A stretch of DNA of 64,000 nt from Erysipelothrix sp. (lineage in GTDB: Bacteria > Bacillota_I > Bacilli_A > Erysipelotrichales > Erysipelotrichaceae), in NCBI GenBank assembly GCA_012841625.1, contig DUUI01000043.1, forward strand, positions 5,151 through 69,150, read 5' to 3'. Position 1 is the stretch's first letter; the number at the start of each line of letters is the position of its first letter. The translations under genes and the position numbers were made by a program. The notes beneath the pieces were generated by a model that saw nothing but the letters and a program-made list of their open reading frames with translations, had not been told where the DNA came from and did no database searches. This document shows, in pieces, positions 38,884 to 47,637 of the stretch.

Positions 38884-38931
38884 AAAAAACAAAAAAGGAC
38901 ACGACTTCTGTAAAACAGAAACTATGTCCTT
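38884..38931 (-). terminator. ssrA terminator
   Basis: The minus strand has an outer stem AAGGACA...TGTCCTT and an inner stem TTCTGT-ttt-ACAGAA, followed by TTTTTGTTTTTT. Confidence 0.7.
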
Positions 38932-38946
38932 CTAATAAAGTATATT

Positions 38947-39309
38947 TGGTGGAGATGAGGGGACTCGAACCCCTGTCCAAAAAGTGTCCACATTTAGATA
39001 TCTACAGTTTAGTCAGTTATCAGTATTCACAGGCAACAAACTGACATGTTTTCTGTGAAGTCTCCAGTGAAAGTTTTCATCATCAACAACCCAGAGTATT
39101 GTTAATGCTTAGTCTTTGTTTCTTATTCGCTTTAATTGATCCAAAGACCAAATCAATCAAGCGGCATTACGTCTTAGGCTTTAATTAAGCAGCGTAAGCG
39201 AAACCGTATTGGTTATTTAATCTGTTTCCAGTTATTTTTTTGTGGTTATTAGGTAACCAATCCACTGCCATCTAAATCCAACGAAATCCTGTCGAAACCA
39301 AGCATCCCC
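38947..39309 (-). ncRNA. ssrA: tmRNA (SsrA), about 363 nt including CCA
   Basis: The minus strand begins GGGGATGCTTGGTTTCGACAGG. It ends GGACAGGGGTTCGAGTCCCCTCATCTCCACCA, a tRNA-Ala-like acceptor and T arm. The internal tag reading frame is 39185-39229: GGA AAC AGA TTA AAT AAC CAA TAC GGT TTC GCT TAC GCT GCT TAA, giving (A)GNRLNNQYGFAYAA. Confidence 0.92.
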
Positions 39310-39319
39310 GTGGAGAGTT

Positions 39320-39348
39320 ATTATAACCAATTTGTTGTCAATTTTCAA
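39320..39348 (-). promoter_or_regulatory. ssrA promoter
   Basis: The minus strand reads TTGAAA (39343-39348), 17 nt spacer, TATAAT (39320-39325). The -10 ends 10 nt before the mature 5' GGGG. Confidence 0.6.
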
Positions 39349-39361
39349 GTATAATGAAGGT

Positions 39362-40042
39362 ATGAAAAAAGGATTAACTGGAGCGCAACTTAAATGGATC
39401 GCCATGATTACCATGTTTATAGACCATATTGGGGCTGTCATTGTTCAAGGCTTAGCCTTTAATATGGGAGACGATTCTTTAATCACCCCACTCTACTGGT
39501 CACTTAGACTCATTGGCCGATTAAGTTTTCCTATCTATGCATTCTTATTAGTCGAAGGATTTAAACATACCTCCAATGTAAAGAAGTATGGGTTTAACCT
39601 TTTACTCTTTGCCCTGATCTCTGAAATACCATTTGACTTAGCCACCTCAAATTTCATCATTAATCCATCCTATCAAAATATATTCTTTACTCTATTCTTA
39701 GGATTAGTCTTAATGAGTTTAGCCAAAGACAAACCAAGATGGCTAAGTATTATAATCTTTGGAATAGGTGCTTTGATCAATGAGTATTTGTTACTCGCAG
39801 ATTATGGAGCATATGGGATAATTCTTATCGCAGGAATCTATTTACTAAGAAACTATAAAGTGACACAAAATATTTTCATCTTCAGTATCGGATTCATACA
39901 AATGGTTCAAGGTTTTTCTGTAATCTTTATTAATGCCTATAATGGCAAGCGCGGCAAACAGAACAAATATTTCTTTTACTTGTTCTATCCAATCCATTTA
40001 TTAATACTCTACTTTATTGTAAAAACATTCATTCCCATGTGA
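39362..40042 (+). CDS. TraX family membrane protein
   Basis: MKKGLTGAQLKWIAMITMFIDHIG is a typical TraX N-terminus. Polytopic. Start refined from the track TTG 39332. Confidence 0.7.
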   Translation: MKKGLTGAQLKWIAMITMFIDHIGAVIVQGLAFNMGDDSLITPLYWSLRLIGRLSFPIYAFLLVEGFKHTSNVKKYGFNLLLFALISEIPFDLATSNFIINPSYQNIFFTLFLGLVLMSLAKDKPRWLSIIIFGIGALINEYLLLADYGAYGIILIAGIYLLRNYKVTQNIFIFSIGFIQMVQGFSVIFINAYNGKRGKQNKYFFYLFYPIHLLILYFIVKTFIPM

Positions 40043-40058
40043 GAATGAATGTTTAGTA

Positions 40059-41333
40059 TTATCCAAATAAGAACCAAATTAAGACATAACCACTCAAGAC
40101 GGCAGCTAATGTATAAGGAACAGATATCTTCATAAAGGTAGCAGGTGAAACCTCATACCCTTCTTTTCTTAAAATACCAATACTTGTAATATTAGCCGAA
40201 GCACCAATCGGGGTTAAGTTACCTCCTAAAGTAGCACCTGATAGTAATCCGAAATATAAGACTGTAGGATCAACACCCATTTGAGCCGCAATCCCAGTAA
40301 CAACTGGAAGCATTGTCGCCACATAAGGAATATTATCAATAAAAGCACTCAGTATAACGGACGCAAATGTAATAATTGTGTACATCACAAAAGTACTGCT
40401 TCCCCCCATATTAACAAATAACTTGGCAATCTCCTCAATAACACCTACTTCAGAAATACCACCAATCACAACAAATAGACCAGCTAGTAATAATAAGGTA
40501 AATAAGTCTAATTCTCTTAGTACAATAATAATCGTAGTTTTAATAGAGTACTTAAATGACTGCACCAAGATACCTACAAGTAATAAAACCATACAAATGA
40601 TCCCATTTGTTAAAGGATGTTTGTTGGGAATAAATGACGCAAAGATTAAACCAAGAATTGTTATAATTAATAAAAAAGTTGGAAAGTAATCATATACTTG
40701 AGTAAATTTATCCAAATGAACTTTTTGATTATCTTTTCTAAAAACATAATACAAGACAACCGTTGCCACAATCATACTAATTTGAACAATCCAGAATAAT
40801 CCAGGTTTTCCATGATAGAAAAAGAAATCCAAGAAATCCATATCAGCATAGCCACCCAATAAGATAGAAGTTGTATCACCCACTAAAGTAGCCGCACCCT
40901 GTAAGTTAGAAGCAATCGATATCGCAATAACTGGTTTAACGGGTGAGATTCTAAGCTTCTTAGAAATAGTCACAGCCACAGGCGCAACCATTAAGACCGT
41001 TGCGACATTATCAACAAATGCTGAAATAATCCCCGCAAAGAGACTTAGAGCAATTACAACCCATTTAACATCTGGCATTTTATCTATAATAATATCAGCC
41101 AATAAAGCTGGCATCTTAGACTCAATAAACAATGCCACAATCCCCATCGTTCCGGCAATCATCATTAAGACATTAAAATCAATAGCACCTACAACCTTAT
41201 TAATAGGTAATAAGCCAAAGACAACAAACAAGACAGCCGAAGTAATTGCGACATGAGCTCGATACTTAGGTAAAGTAATCATTAGAACATATGTTAGAAC
41301 AAATATGACTAATCCTAAAACTAGTGGTGACAT
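40059..41333 (-). CDS. ArsB/NhaD-superfamily (SLC13/CitMHS-like) anion permease
   Basis: 424 aa with about 10-12 TM helices. Internal two-fold repeat with SNLQGAATLVGDTTS and GGNLTPIGASANI hairpin-like motifs. Confidence 0.6.
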   Translation of the reverse strand: MSPLVLGLVIFVLTYVLMITLPKYRAHVAITSAVLFVVFGLLPINKVVGAIDFNVLMMIAGTMGIVALFIESKMPALLADIIIDKMPDVKWVVIALSLFAGIISAFVDNVATVLMVAPVAVTISKKLRISPVKPVIAISIASNLQGAATLVGDTTSILLGGYADMDFLDFFFYHGKPGLFWIVQISMIVATVVLYYVFRKDNQKVHLDKFTQVYDYFPTFLLIITILGLIFASFIPNKHPLTNGIICMVLLLVGILVQSFKYSIKTTIIIVLRELDLFTLLLLAGLFVVIGGISEVGVIEEIAKLFVNMGGSSTFVMYTIITFASVILSAFIDNIPYVATMLPVVTGIAAQMGVDPTVLYFGLLSGATLGGNLTPIGASANITSIGILRKEGYEVSPATFMKISVPYTLAAVLSGYVLIWFLFG

Positions 41334-41384
41334 AAAAATCCCTCTCTCTTTATAACATGTCTCATTATAACGAAATTGTAAAAA

Positions 41385-41413
41385 TTGTAAAATGAATATC
41401 GATGGTTTATAAT
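41385..41413 (+). promoter_or_regulatory. SigA-type promoter of the riboswitch / P-type ATPase unit
   Basis: TTGTAA (41385-41390), 17 nt spacer, TATAAT (41408-41413). Confidence 0.55.
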
Positions 41414-41418
41414 AAAAA

Positions 41419-41528
41419 TGAAAAAGGGAGTAAAAGGCCTACGGGTTCAGGATTCGTCAATACGACCACTCATTAGGTCCGGATTCTGATTAAACATTGA
41501 GACTTTATCAAAGCGGTAAAGTTTTTTT
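41419..41528 (+). promoter_or_regulatory. yybP-ykoY-like (Mn2+) riboswitch with an intrinsic-terminator expression platform
   Basis: The 5' AAAAAGGGAGTA and 3' CATTGAGACTTTATC segments resemble the conserved yybP-ykoY ends (AAAGGGGAGUAG ... UUGAGACCUUU). The closing helix pairs 41419-41426 with 41503-41510. It competes with the terminator ACTTTA (41502-41507) / TAAAGT (41517-41522) plus T7. Confidence 0.55.
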
Positions 41529-41550
41529 ATTAACTAAAGGAGAAAATTGC

Positions 41551-44145
41551 ATGGAAAATAAAAACTGGAGCAATACTTCTGTAGAAGAGATTCTACAAGA
41601 AGTGAATACTGACACTGGACTCACCAGTCAACAAGCTCAACAAAAACTACAAACCGATGGACTCAATCAACTGGCACAAGCTGAAAAAGAAAGCTTATTG
41701 ATAAAATTTATCAACCAGTTCAAAGACGTCATGATCCTTATATTAATTGCGGCCGCCATTATCTCAGGAGTACTTGGTGAAATGGTTGACGCCTTTATTA
41801 TTTTAGCCATCGTTGTTGTTAACGCATTACTCGGTTTATATCAAGAAGGTAAGGCCGAAAACGCATTAGAAGCCCTACAAAAATTATCAGCTCCAACCTC
41901 TAAAGTAATTCGTGATTCTCAAGAGTTATCAGTTCCATCTGAAGAACTCGTAGTAGGAGACATCATTGTTTTAGAAGCAGGTGATTTAGTCAATGCTGAT
42001 TTACGCTTACTCAAAACATCTTCATTAAAGATAGAAGAAGCCTCACTCACCGGGGAATCAGTCCCAGTCGAAAAAGAAGCTGATGTTCTAGTCGGAGAAG
42101 ATAAAGCCTTGGGTGATCGTATCAATATGGCATACTCAAGTGGAAATGTCACATATGGACGTGGACTAGGAGTCGTAACTGCCACTGGTATGAATACCGA
42201 AGTCGGAAAAATTGCTACTATCTTAAGTGAAACAAAAAATCAAGAAACACCACTCCAAAAACAATTAAATGATTTAGGAAAAGTCTTAGGAATCGTTGCC
42301 ATTATTGCTGTCGTTGGAATTTTCTTAATTGGACTTTTTAATGGAAAAGAACCATTCCAAATGTTTATGACCTCCGTCTCACTGGCTGTTGCCGTCATAC
42401 CTGAATCACTTCCAACTGTTTCAACTATTGTCTTGAGTATGGGTGTCCAACGATTAGTCAAAAGAAATGCGATTGTAAGAACACTTCCATCGGTTGAAAC
42501 ATTAGGCTCAACAACCGTAATCTGTTCTGACAAAACTGGAACACTAACTCAGAATAAAATGACTGTGGTCGACTATTACAATAATGAACAACCAGTTGAT
42601 CACTTAGCCTTAGCAGGTTTCTTAGTCAATGACTCACGCTTGAACAATGAACAAAAATGGGTCGGGGATCCAACCGAAACAGCTATCAGTGCTTGGGCTG
42701 TCGACCAAGGTGTTAATTATGACCAAGCTTTAAAAGACTATAAGCGAATTGCTGAAGTACCATTTGACTCAGCACGTAAACGAATGACAACCGTTAATAT
42801 GGTTGATGGAAAAAAAATGGTCTATGTCAAGGGTGGAGTTGATGAAGTTTTAGCCATAACAACACGCTATGGATTAAATAATGAAGTACGACCTATCACT
42901 CAAGAAGACATTGATACTATCCAACAAAAAAACACTTCCATGGGCCAAGATGCACTTCGTGTCTTAGCCGTTGCCTATAAAGAAGTACAAGGTGAAGTGG
43001 AAGATGGAGATCCAAATCTAGAATCTGATCTAATCTTCTTAGGACTTGTTGGAATGATTGATCCAGCACGACCAGAAGTTAAAGAAGCCATCGCAGATTG
43101 TAAAAATGCAGGCATCCGAGCTGTCATGATTACTGGAGACCATGCTACAACTGCACAAGCAATTGGTAGAGAAATTGGGTTATTGGAAGATCATCACAGA
43201 GTCATCACAGGTGTTGATTTAGACAATATGAGTGATGAAGACCTAGCCAGAGACGTCGAAAGTATAGGGGTATATGCCCGTGTTTCTCCAGAACATAAAA
43301 TGAGAATCATCGATGCCTGGAAGAGCCATGGAAATATCGTAGCCATGACTGGTGATGGGGTTAATGATGCTCCAGCACTTAAAAAAGCTGATATCGGAGC
43401 CGCCATGGGAATTGTTGGAACTGAAGTTGCTAAAGGTGCATCTGATATGGTTCTAACAGATGATAACTTCGCCACTGTTGTTAATGCGGTTGAAGAAGGT
43501 CGTCGAATTAAAGACAATATTAAAAAAGCCATTGGATATTTACTATCATGTAATATGGGTGAACTATTTACACTATTACTTGCGACAGTTCTAAATTGGC
43601 AAATGCCTTTACTAGCAATTCATATCTTATGGATCAACTTAGTAACTGACTCACTACCTGCACTAGCATTAGGTGTTGACCCAGCCGAAGAAGATATTAT
43701 GGATCGTGAACCAGATCGTTCAAATTCATTATTCACTAAACCAATGGCTTATCGTACCTTATACCAAGGGGTTATGGTAGGAATCCTGACAACGATTGGG
43801 TTTATGGTTGGTTCAGGCTGGTTATTTGGACTAGAAGGAAATACACAATTAGGACAAACCATGGCCTTTGGTGTTTTAGGTTTCTCTCAATTAGTTCATG
43901 CATTTAATATTCACTCACCACAAGAATCAGTGTTTAAAACATTATTTAAGAATAAACAACTCATTCAAGCAGTCCTTATTAATGTCGCAATGATGTTTGC
44001 TGTTCTATTAGTTCCAGCTCTTCGAGACATTTTCAAACTAGCAGATTTAGAATTAATTCACTGGCTTATAATGTTTAGCTTAGCCTTTATGCCATGGGTA
44101 ATTGTTGAAATTATGAAGAAGCTTGGCCTAAATGGTAATGACTAA
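41551..44145 (+). CDS. P-type (P2-like, SERCA/PMR1/YloB-type) cation-transporting ATPase, candidate Ca2+/Mn2+ exporter
   Basis: The phosphorylation site is ICSDKTGTLTQNKM. The actuator motif is TGES, in ASLTGESVP. Also MITGDH and the hinge TGDGVNDAPALKKADIG. The start was refined to MENKNWS after RBS AAAGGAG. 864 aa. Confidence 0.88.
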   Translation: MENKNWSNTSVEEILQEVNTDTGLTSQQAQQKLQTDGLNQLAQAEKESLLIKFINQFKDVMILILIAAAIISGVLGEMVDAFIILAIVVVNALLGLYQEGKAENALEALQKLSAPTSKVIRDSQELSVPSEELVVGDIIVLEAGDLVNADLRLLKTSSLKIEEASLTGESVPVEKEADVLVGEDKALGDRINMAYSSGNVTYGRGLGVVTATGMNTEVGKIATILSETKNQETPLQKQLNDLGKVLGIVAIIAVVGIFLIGLFNGKEPFQMFMTSVSLAVAVIPESLPTVSTIVLSMGVQRLVKRNAIVRTLPSVETLGSTTVICSDKTGTLTQNKMTVVDYYNNEQPVDHLALAGFLVNDSRLNNEQKWVGDPTETAISAWAVDQGVNYDQALKDYKRIAEVPFDSARKRMTTVNMVDGKKMVYVKGGVDEVLAITTRYGLNNEVRPITQEDIDTIQQKNTSMGQDALRVLAVAYKEVQGEVEDGDPNLESDLIFLGLVGMIDPARPEVKEAIADCKNAGIRAVMITGDHATTAQAIGREIGLLEDHHRVITGVDLDNMSDEDLARDVESIGVYARVSPEHKMRIIDAWKSHGNIVAMTGDGVNDAPALKKADIGAAMGIVGTEVAKGASDMVLTDDNFATVVNAVEEGRRIKDNIKKAIGYLLSCNMGELFTLLLATVLNWQMPLLAIHILWINLVTDSLPALALGVDPAEEDIMDREPDRSNSLFTKPMAYRTLYQGVMVGILTTIGFMVGSGWLFGLEGNTQLGQTMAFGVLGFSQLVHAFNIHSPQESVFKTLFKNKQLIQAVLINVAMMFAVLLVPALRDIFKLADLELIHWLIMFSLAFMPWVIVEIMKKLGLNGND

Positions 44146-44179
44146 TAGTTAGAAATATCTAACTAATCAATAAAAGTTA

Positions 44180-44209
44180 TTGCAAGTTAACCTTTTGTCA
44201 TAGTATAAT
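44180..44209 (+). promoter_or_regulatory. Possible mntR promoter
   Basis: TTGCAA (44180-44185), 18 nt spacer, TATAAT (44204-44209). Confidence 0.4.
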
Positions 44210-44230
44210 AGCTATAGAAAAGAGGTGCGC

Positions 44231-44659
44231 ATGTTAAAACAAATGACTCCTTCGATAGAGGATTATTTATCGACCATTTATCGATTAGATAAAGGTGAAG
44301 GCGTTCGCTCTGTAGATGTTGCGAAAGTATTAGAGGTTTCAAAACCTAGTGTCAATCGTGCACTAAAGACGCTCTCAGAAATGAAGCTCGTTAAGCAAGA
44401 GCCCTATGGGGACATCTTTCTTACAAAATTAGGTAGAGAAACAGCCCTTGATCTCAATAAAAAGTATTCAATTCTAAGAGGATTTCTTGTTCACATGTTG
44501 GATGTTGATCCAATTGTTGCTGAAAAAGAAGCAAATCAAATGGAACATGGAATGAGCAATGACACAATAGAACGTATTGGGTTACTAATGAAATCATATT
44601 CATTAAGTGCCGAAAAATCAAAATTCAAACCAAAACTAGACGAAAATGCCATCGATTAA
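44231..44659 (+). CDS. mntR: DtxR/MntR-family metal-dependent transcriptional regulator
   Basis: MTPSIEDYLSTIYRL...VRSVDVAKVLEVSKPSVNRALKTL winged HTH plus a dimerisation/metal domain (EANQMEHGMS). ATG lies 7 nt after AGAGG. 142 aa, with no SH3-like tail. Confidence 0.8.
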   Translation: MLKQMTPSIEDYLSTIYRLDKGEGVRSVDVAKVLEVSKPSVNRALKTLSEMKLVKQEPYGDIFLTKLGRETALDLNKKYSILRGFLVHMLDVDPIVAEKEANQMEHGMSNDTIERIGLLMKSYSLSAEKSKFKPKLDENAID

Positions 44660-46023
44660 TTATCGATGGCATTTTCATTTACTAACCGAATTATTCTTAT
44701 AATAAAGAATGTTGTCAAACAGAAACTGACCACCTCAGCAAGGGGGATTGACCACCAGATATTGCTAAGGACATTTGTTTTTGATAACCCATAAGCAATG
44801 GGTAGGATGAATAATATTTGTCGACAAAATGAGATAAATAAGGAAATCGTCCCTCTTTGTAAAGCTTGAAAGACGGAACTTAAAACAATATTATACCCAG
44901 CAAATAAGAATGAGAAAGAAATAATTCGTAGTGCTGGAATTCCAATTTGAAGCATTTCTGGTGTAGCTTCAAATAAGTTAAGGAGTGTTGGGGTAAAGAA
45001 TTGGAAAATTAAAAATCCTGTAAGCGTGACGCCTATTCCTAGTTTCAAGGCAAATTTAACAGCATCTTTCATTCGATCATATTGCTTAGATCCATAGTTA
45101 TAGGAAACAATTGGTACTAAACCATTGTTTAACCCAAAGACTGGCATAAAGGCGAAACTTTGTAATCTGAAATAGGCACCCAAAACTGCTGTTGCGGCGT
45201 CTGTAAAGGCGCTTAAGATTCTATTTAAGAAAAAGACCATGACTGATGATAAAGATATTAGTAAGATTGATGGTAATCCAACCTTATAGATTCGTTTAAT
45301 AATTTCAAGTTCTGGCTTGAAAATTAATGAAGGTTTAAATTTAACATATTTATTCTTTAAACGGATAAAGGTATAAGCAAGAATCATTGCCACAACTTGA
45401 CCAATAATTGTTGCGATTGCGGCACCCTTAACGCCCATCTCAGGCACACCAAACCAACCAAAGATAAAGATAGGGTCTAAGATAATATTAATAACTGCCC
45501 CAGTAATTTGAGTAATCATTGGGTAAACTGAATAACCACTAGCAATCAGAATCCTTTCAAATGCCATTTGACCAAAGATTCCGATAGAAAAAATCGTGAC
45601 TAAGCTTAAGTAATCTTGGCCATGTTGAATAATGACTGGGTTGCTTGTTTGTGCAGCAATAATTGCTCTGGAAAAGAATATTCCTAAAATAATAAAGACA
45701 GTCCAGTTAATTAATGCTAGAAAGACAGCAGTATTGGCTGCTTTATTGGCTCGTTCAAGATTTCCTTGGCCTAATGAATAAGACAGCAAGGCGTTGGTTC
45801 CAACATTGGTTCCCACACTAATTGCACTCATTACTTGTTGAACAGGGTAAGCTAAGGATAAAGCAGTAAATGCTTCAAATGAATATCGAGAGACATAAAT
45901 ACTGTCGACGACATTATAAAGAGCTTGGGTCAACATTGAAATCATTATTGGAACTGACATTGTCAGTATTAATTTTCTAACAGACATTGTGCCTAGTTTA
46001 TGTGTTGTACTCATGATGAACAT
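44656..46023 (-). CDS. MATE-family efflux transporter
   Basis: 12-TM protein. N-terminus LGTMSVRKLILTMSVPIMISMLTQALYNVVDSIYVSR. The track ORF is over-extended to 46200; likely start is ATG 46023 or 46014. Confidence 0.8.
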   Translation of the reverse strand: MFIMSTTHKLGTMSVRKLILTMSVPIMISMLTQALYNVVDSIYVSRYSFEAFTALSLAYPVQQVMSAISVGTNVGTNALLSYSLGQGNLERANKAANTAVFLALINWTVFIILGIFFSRAIIAAQTSNPVIIQHGQDYLSLVTIFSIGIFGQMAFERILIASGYSVYPMITQITGAVINIILDPIFIFGWFGVPEMGVKGAAIATIIGQVVAMILAYTFIRLKNKYVKFKPSLIFKPELEIIKRIYKVGLPSILLISLSSVMVFFLNRILSAFTDAATAVLGAYFRLQSFAFMPVFGLNNGLVPIVSYNYGSKQYDRMKDAVKFALKLGIGVTLTGFLIFQFFTPTLLNLFEATPEMLQIGIPALRIISFSFLFAGYNIVLSSVFQALQRGTISLFISFCRQILFILPIAYGLSKTNVLSNIWWSIPLAEVVSFCLTTFFIIRIIRLVNENAIDN

Positions 46024-46056
46024 TATAACACTTCTATAACTTTCTGCGTATTGTAC

Positions 46057-46104
46057 TTGACACTTTTGTTTATTGGGTTTATTATTTATTGCGAATGATT
46101 CGCA
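46057..46104 (+). promoter_or_regulatory. znu operon promoter with a Zur-type operator
   Basis: TTGACA (46057-46062), 17 nt spacer, TATTAT (46080-46085). A perfect 7-1-7 palindrome TGCGAAT-G-ATTCGCA follows at 46090-46104. Compare the Firmicute Zur box TCGTAATnATTACGA. Confidence 0.6.
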
Positions 46105-46120
46105 TTTGCAAGGAGAACAA

Positions 46121-47002
46121 ATGAAAAAACTATTATCGATAGCCCTATTCATCTTTTTACTAGTTGGTTGCAGTTCAAATGCTCGACCTGTTAATAACAA
46201 TGAAATAAAAATCGTTACAACTATTTTCCCTATAACTGATTTAACTCAAAAAGTTACTGGAGAATCTGTCACTCAATTACTTCCAGATTCAGGTGCCAAT
46301 GCTCATACTTGGGAACCAACTCCACAAGATATTTTTCTATTAGAGGAAGCAGATGTCTTTATTTATAATGGTGCAGGTATGGAAGAATGGGTTGAAGATG
46401 TTTTAGACTCGTTAGGAAATGAAGAGTTGTTAGTGATTGAAGCATCTAAAGATGTTGCTAAGATTGATGGACATGGCCATGCTCATGCAGGAGTTGATCC
46501 TCATACTTGGTCCTCTCCAAAAACAGCTAAAACTCAACTAGAGACAATTGGACAAGCGCTAATGAGTGAGTTTGAGGATAAGGCTGATGACTATAAAAAA
46601 AACATAGAGAAGACTGTTACACTATTTGAAGAATTAGATAAGGAATATGAAACAGCGCTAAAGGATTTACCAAATAGAATTCTAGTAGTTCAACATGAGG
46701 CATATGGATACTTAACTCATGACTATGGCTTACAACAAATTGGAATTGAAGGATTAGTTCCTACTTCTGAACCAGATCCTGCTCGAATGGTTGATATTAT
46801 CAAACTCGTGAAAGAATATGATGTTAAAACAATCTTCTTTGAAGAGAATGTAAGTGATCGAGTGGCTCAAACCTTGGCCAATGAAACAGGTGCTGATACT
46901 GCAGTGCTTAATACACTCGCATTTAAAAATGAAAATAATGATGATCTAATACAAATGATGAGAAACAATCTACAAGTATTAGTGGAAGGGTTAGAGCAGT
47001 GA
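46121..47002 (+). CDS. znuA: Zinc ABC transporter substrate-binding lipoprotein (ZnuA/AdcA cluster-9 family)
   Basis: Lipobox LLVGC|SS. His-rich loop DGHGHAHAGVDPHTW. The start was refined to MKKLLSIALF after AAGGAG. Confidence 0.8.
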   Translation: MKKLLSIALFIFLLVGCSSNARPVNNNEIKIVTTIFPITDLTQKVTGESVTQLLPDSGANAHTWEPTPQDIFLLEEADVFIYNGAGMEEWVEDVLDSLGNEELLVIEASKDVAKIDGHGHAHAGVDPHTWSSPKTAKTQLETIGQALMSEFEDKADDYKKNIEKTVTLFEELDKEYETALKDLPNRILVVQHEAYGYLTHDYGLQQIGIEGLVPTSEPDPARMVDIIKLVKEYDVKTIFFEENVSDRVAQTLANETGADTAVLNTLAFKNENNDDLIQMMRNNLQVLVEGLEQ

Positions 47003-47637
47003 TAGAATTTAAAGACTTATATTTTACCTATGAGACAGATACAGTCTTAAGTAACATTAATTTTAGAATTGCATCAGGGCAGTATGTCGCCTTAATAGGT
47101 GATAATGGGGCGGGTAAAACGACCCTTTTACGCCTATTGATTGGCGAATTAAAAGCAGATAAAGGGCGTTTAAAAATTGGTGATAACTTTAAAAAGTTTG
47201 GGTATGTTCAACAAACAACTTTAAAGAATCAGATTAATTTTCCTGCCACTGTTTTAGAAGTTGTGGTGGGTAATCTATATCAAGAGATTGGATTATTTAA
47301 ATTTCCACGTAAAAAACATAAACAAAAAGCGTTGGAAACATTAAAACTTGTCAATATGGATGAGTTTAAAGATGAATTGTTAGCTGATTTATCGGGTGGT
47401 CAACAACAACGTGTTATGTTAGCAAGAGCGTTAGTTAATAATCCAGATTTTGTTATTTTTGATGAACCAACATCAGGAGTTGATCGAAAGTCGAGTGAGC
47501 ACTTCTATCAAACGATTAAAGAACTTAATGAACAAGGTCTAACGATTTTGTTAGTGACCCATAATGTGGACCATATTTATGATGATGTGAGTGATGTTTA
47601 CAAATTAATAGAAGGGCATTTGTCAAAGGTGAAATAA
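46999..47637 (+). CDS. znuC: Metal ABC transporter ATP-binding protein
   Basis: Walker A is GDNGAGKTT. The signature motif is LSGGQQQR. Walker B is VIFDEPTSG. Its start overlaps the znuA stop. Confidence 0.85.
   Translation: MIEFKDLYFTYETDTVLSNINFRIASGQYVALIGDNGAGKTTLLRLLIGELKADKGRLKIGDNFKKFGYVQQTTLKNQINFPATVLEVVVGNLYQEIGLFKFPRKKHKQKALETLKLVNMDEFKDELLADLSGGQQQRVMLARALVNNPDFVIFDEPTSGVDRKSSEHFYQTIKELNEQGLTILLVTHNVDHIYDDVSDVYKLIEGHLSKVK

Noticed and set aside
36618-38946. Genomic island integrated at the 3' end of ssrA (three orphan genes directly downstream of the tmRNA).
   Set aside because: There is no integrase, excisionase or phage gene. I could find no direct repeat of the tmRNA 3' end that would mark an att site. 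The orphan genes are reported for their duplicated upstream element instead.
41497-41550. N-terminal extensions in the ORF track. Affected genes are the ATPase (from 41497), MATE (to 46200), znuA (from 46073), serpin (from 28998), cupin (to 19143), DUF3048 (to 54048), MBL (from 51943), the small membrane protein (to 34965) and TraX (from 39332).
   Set aside because: In each case an internal ATG is preceded by a canonical SD at 6-9 nt and gives a native-looking N-terminus (signal peptide or family-typical start). The extensions run through promoters, riboswitch or operator sequence.
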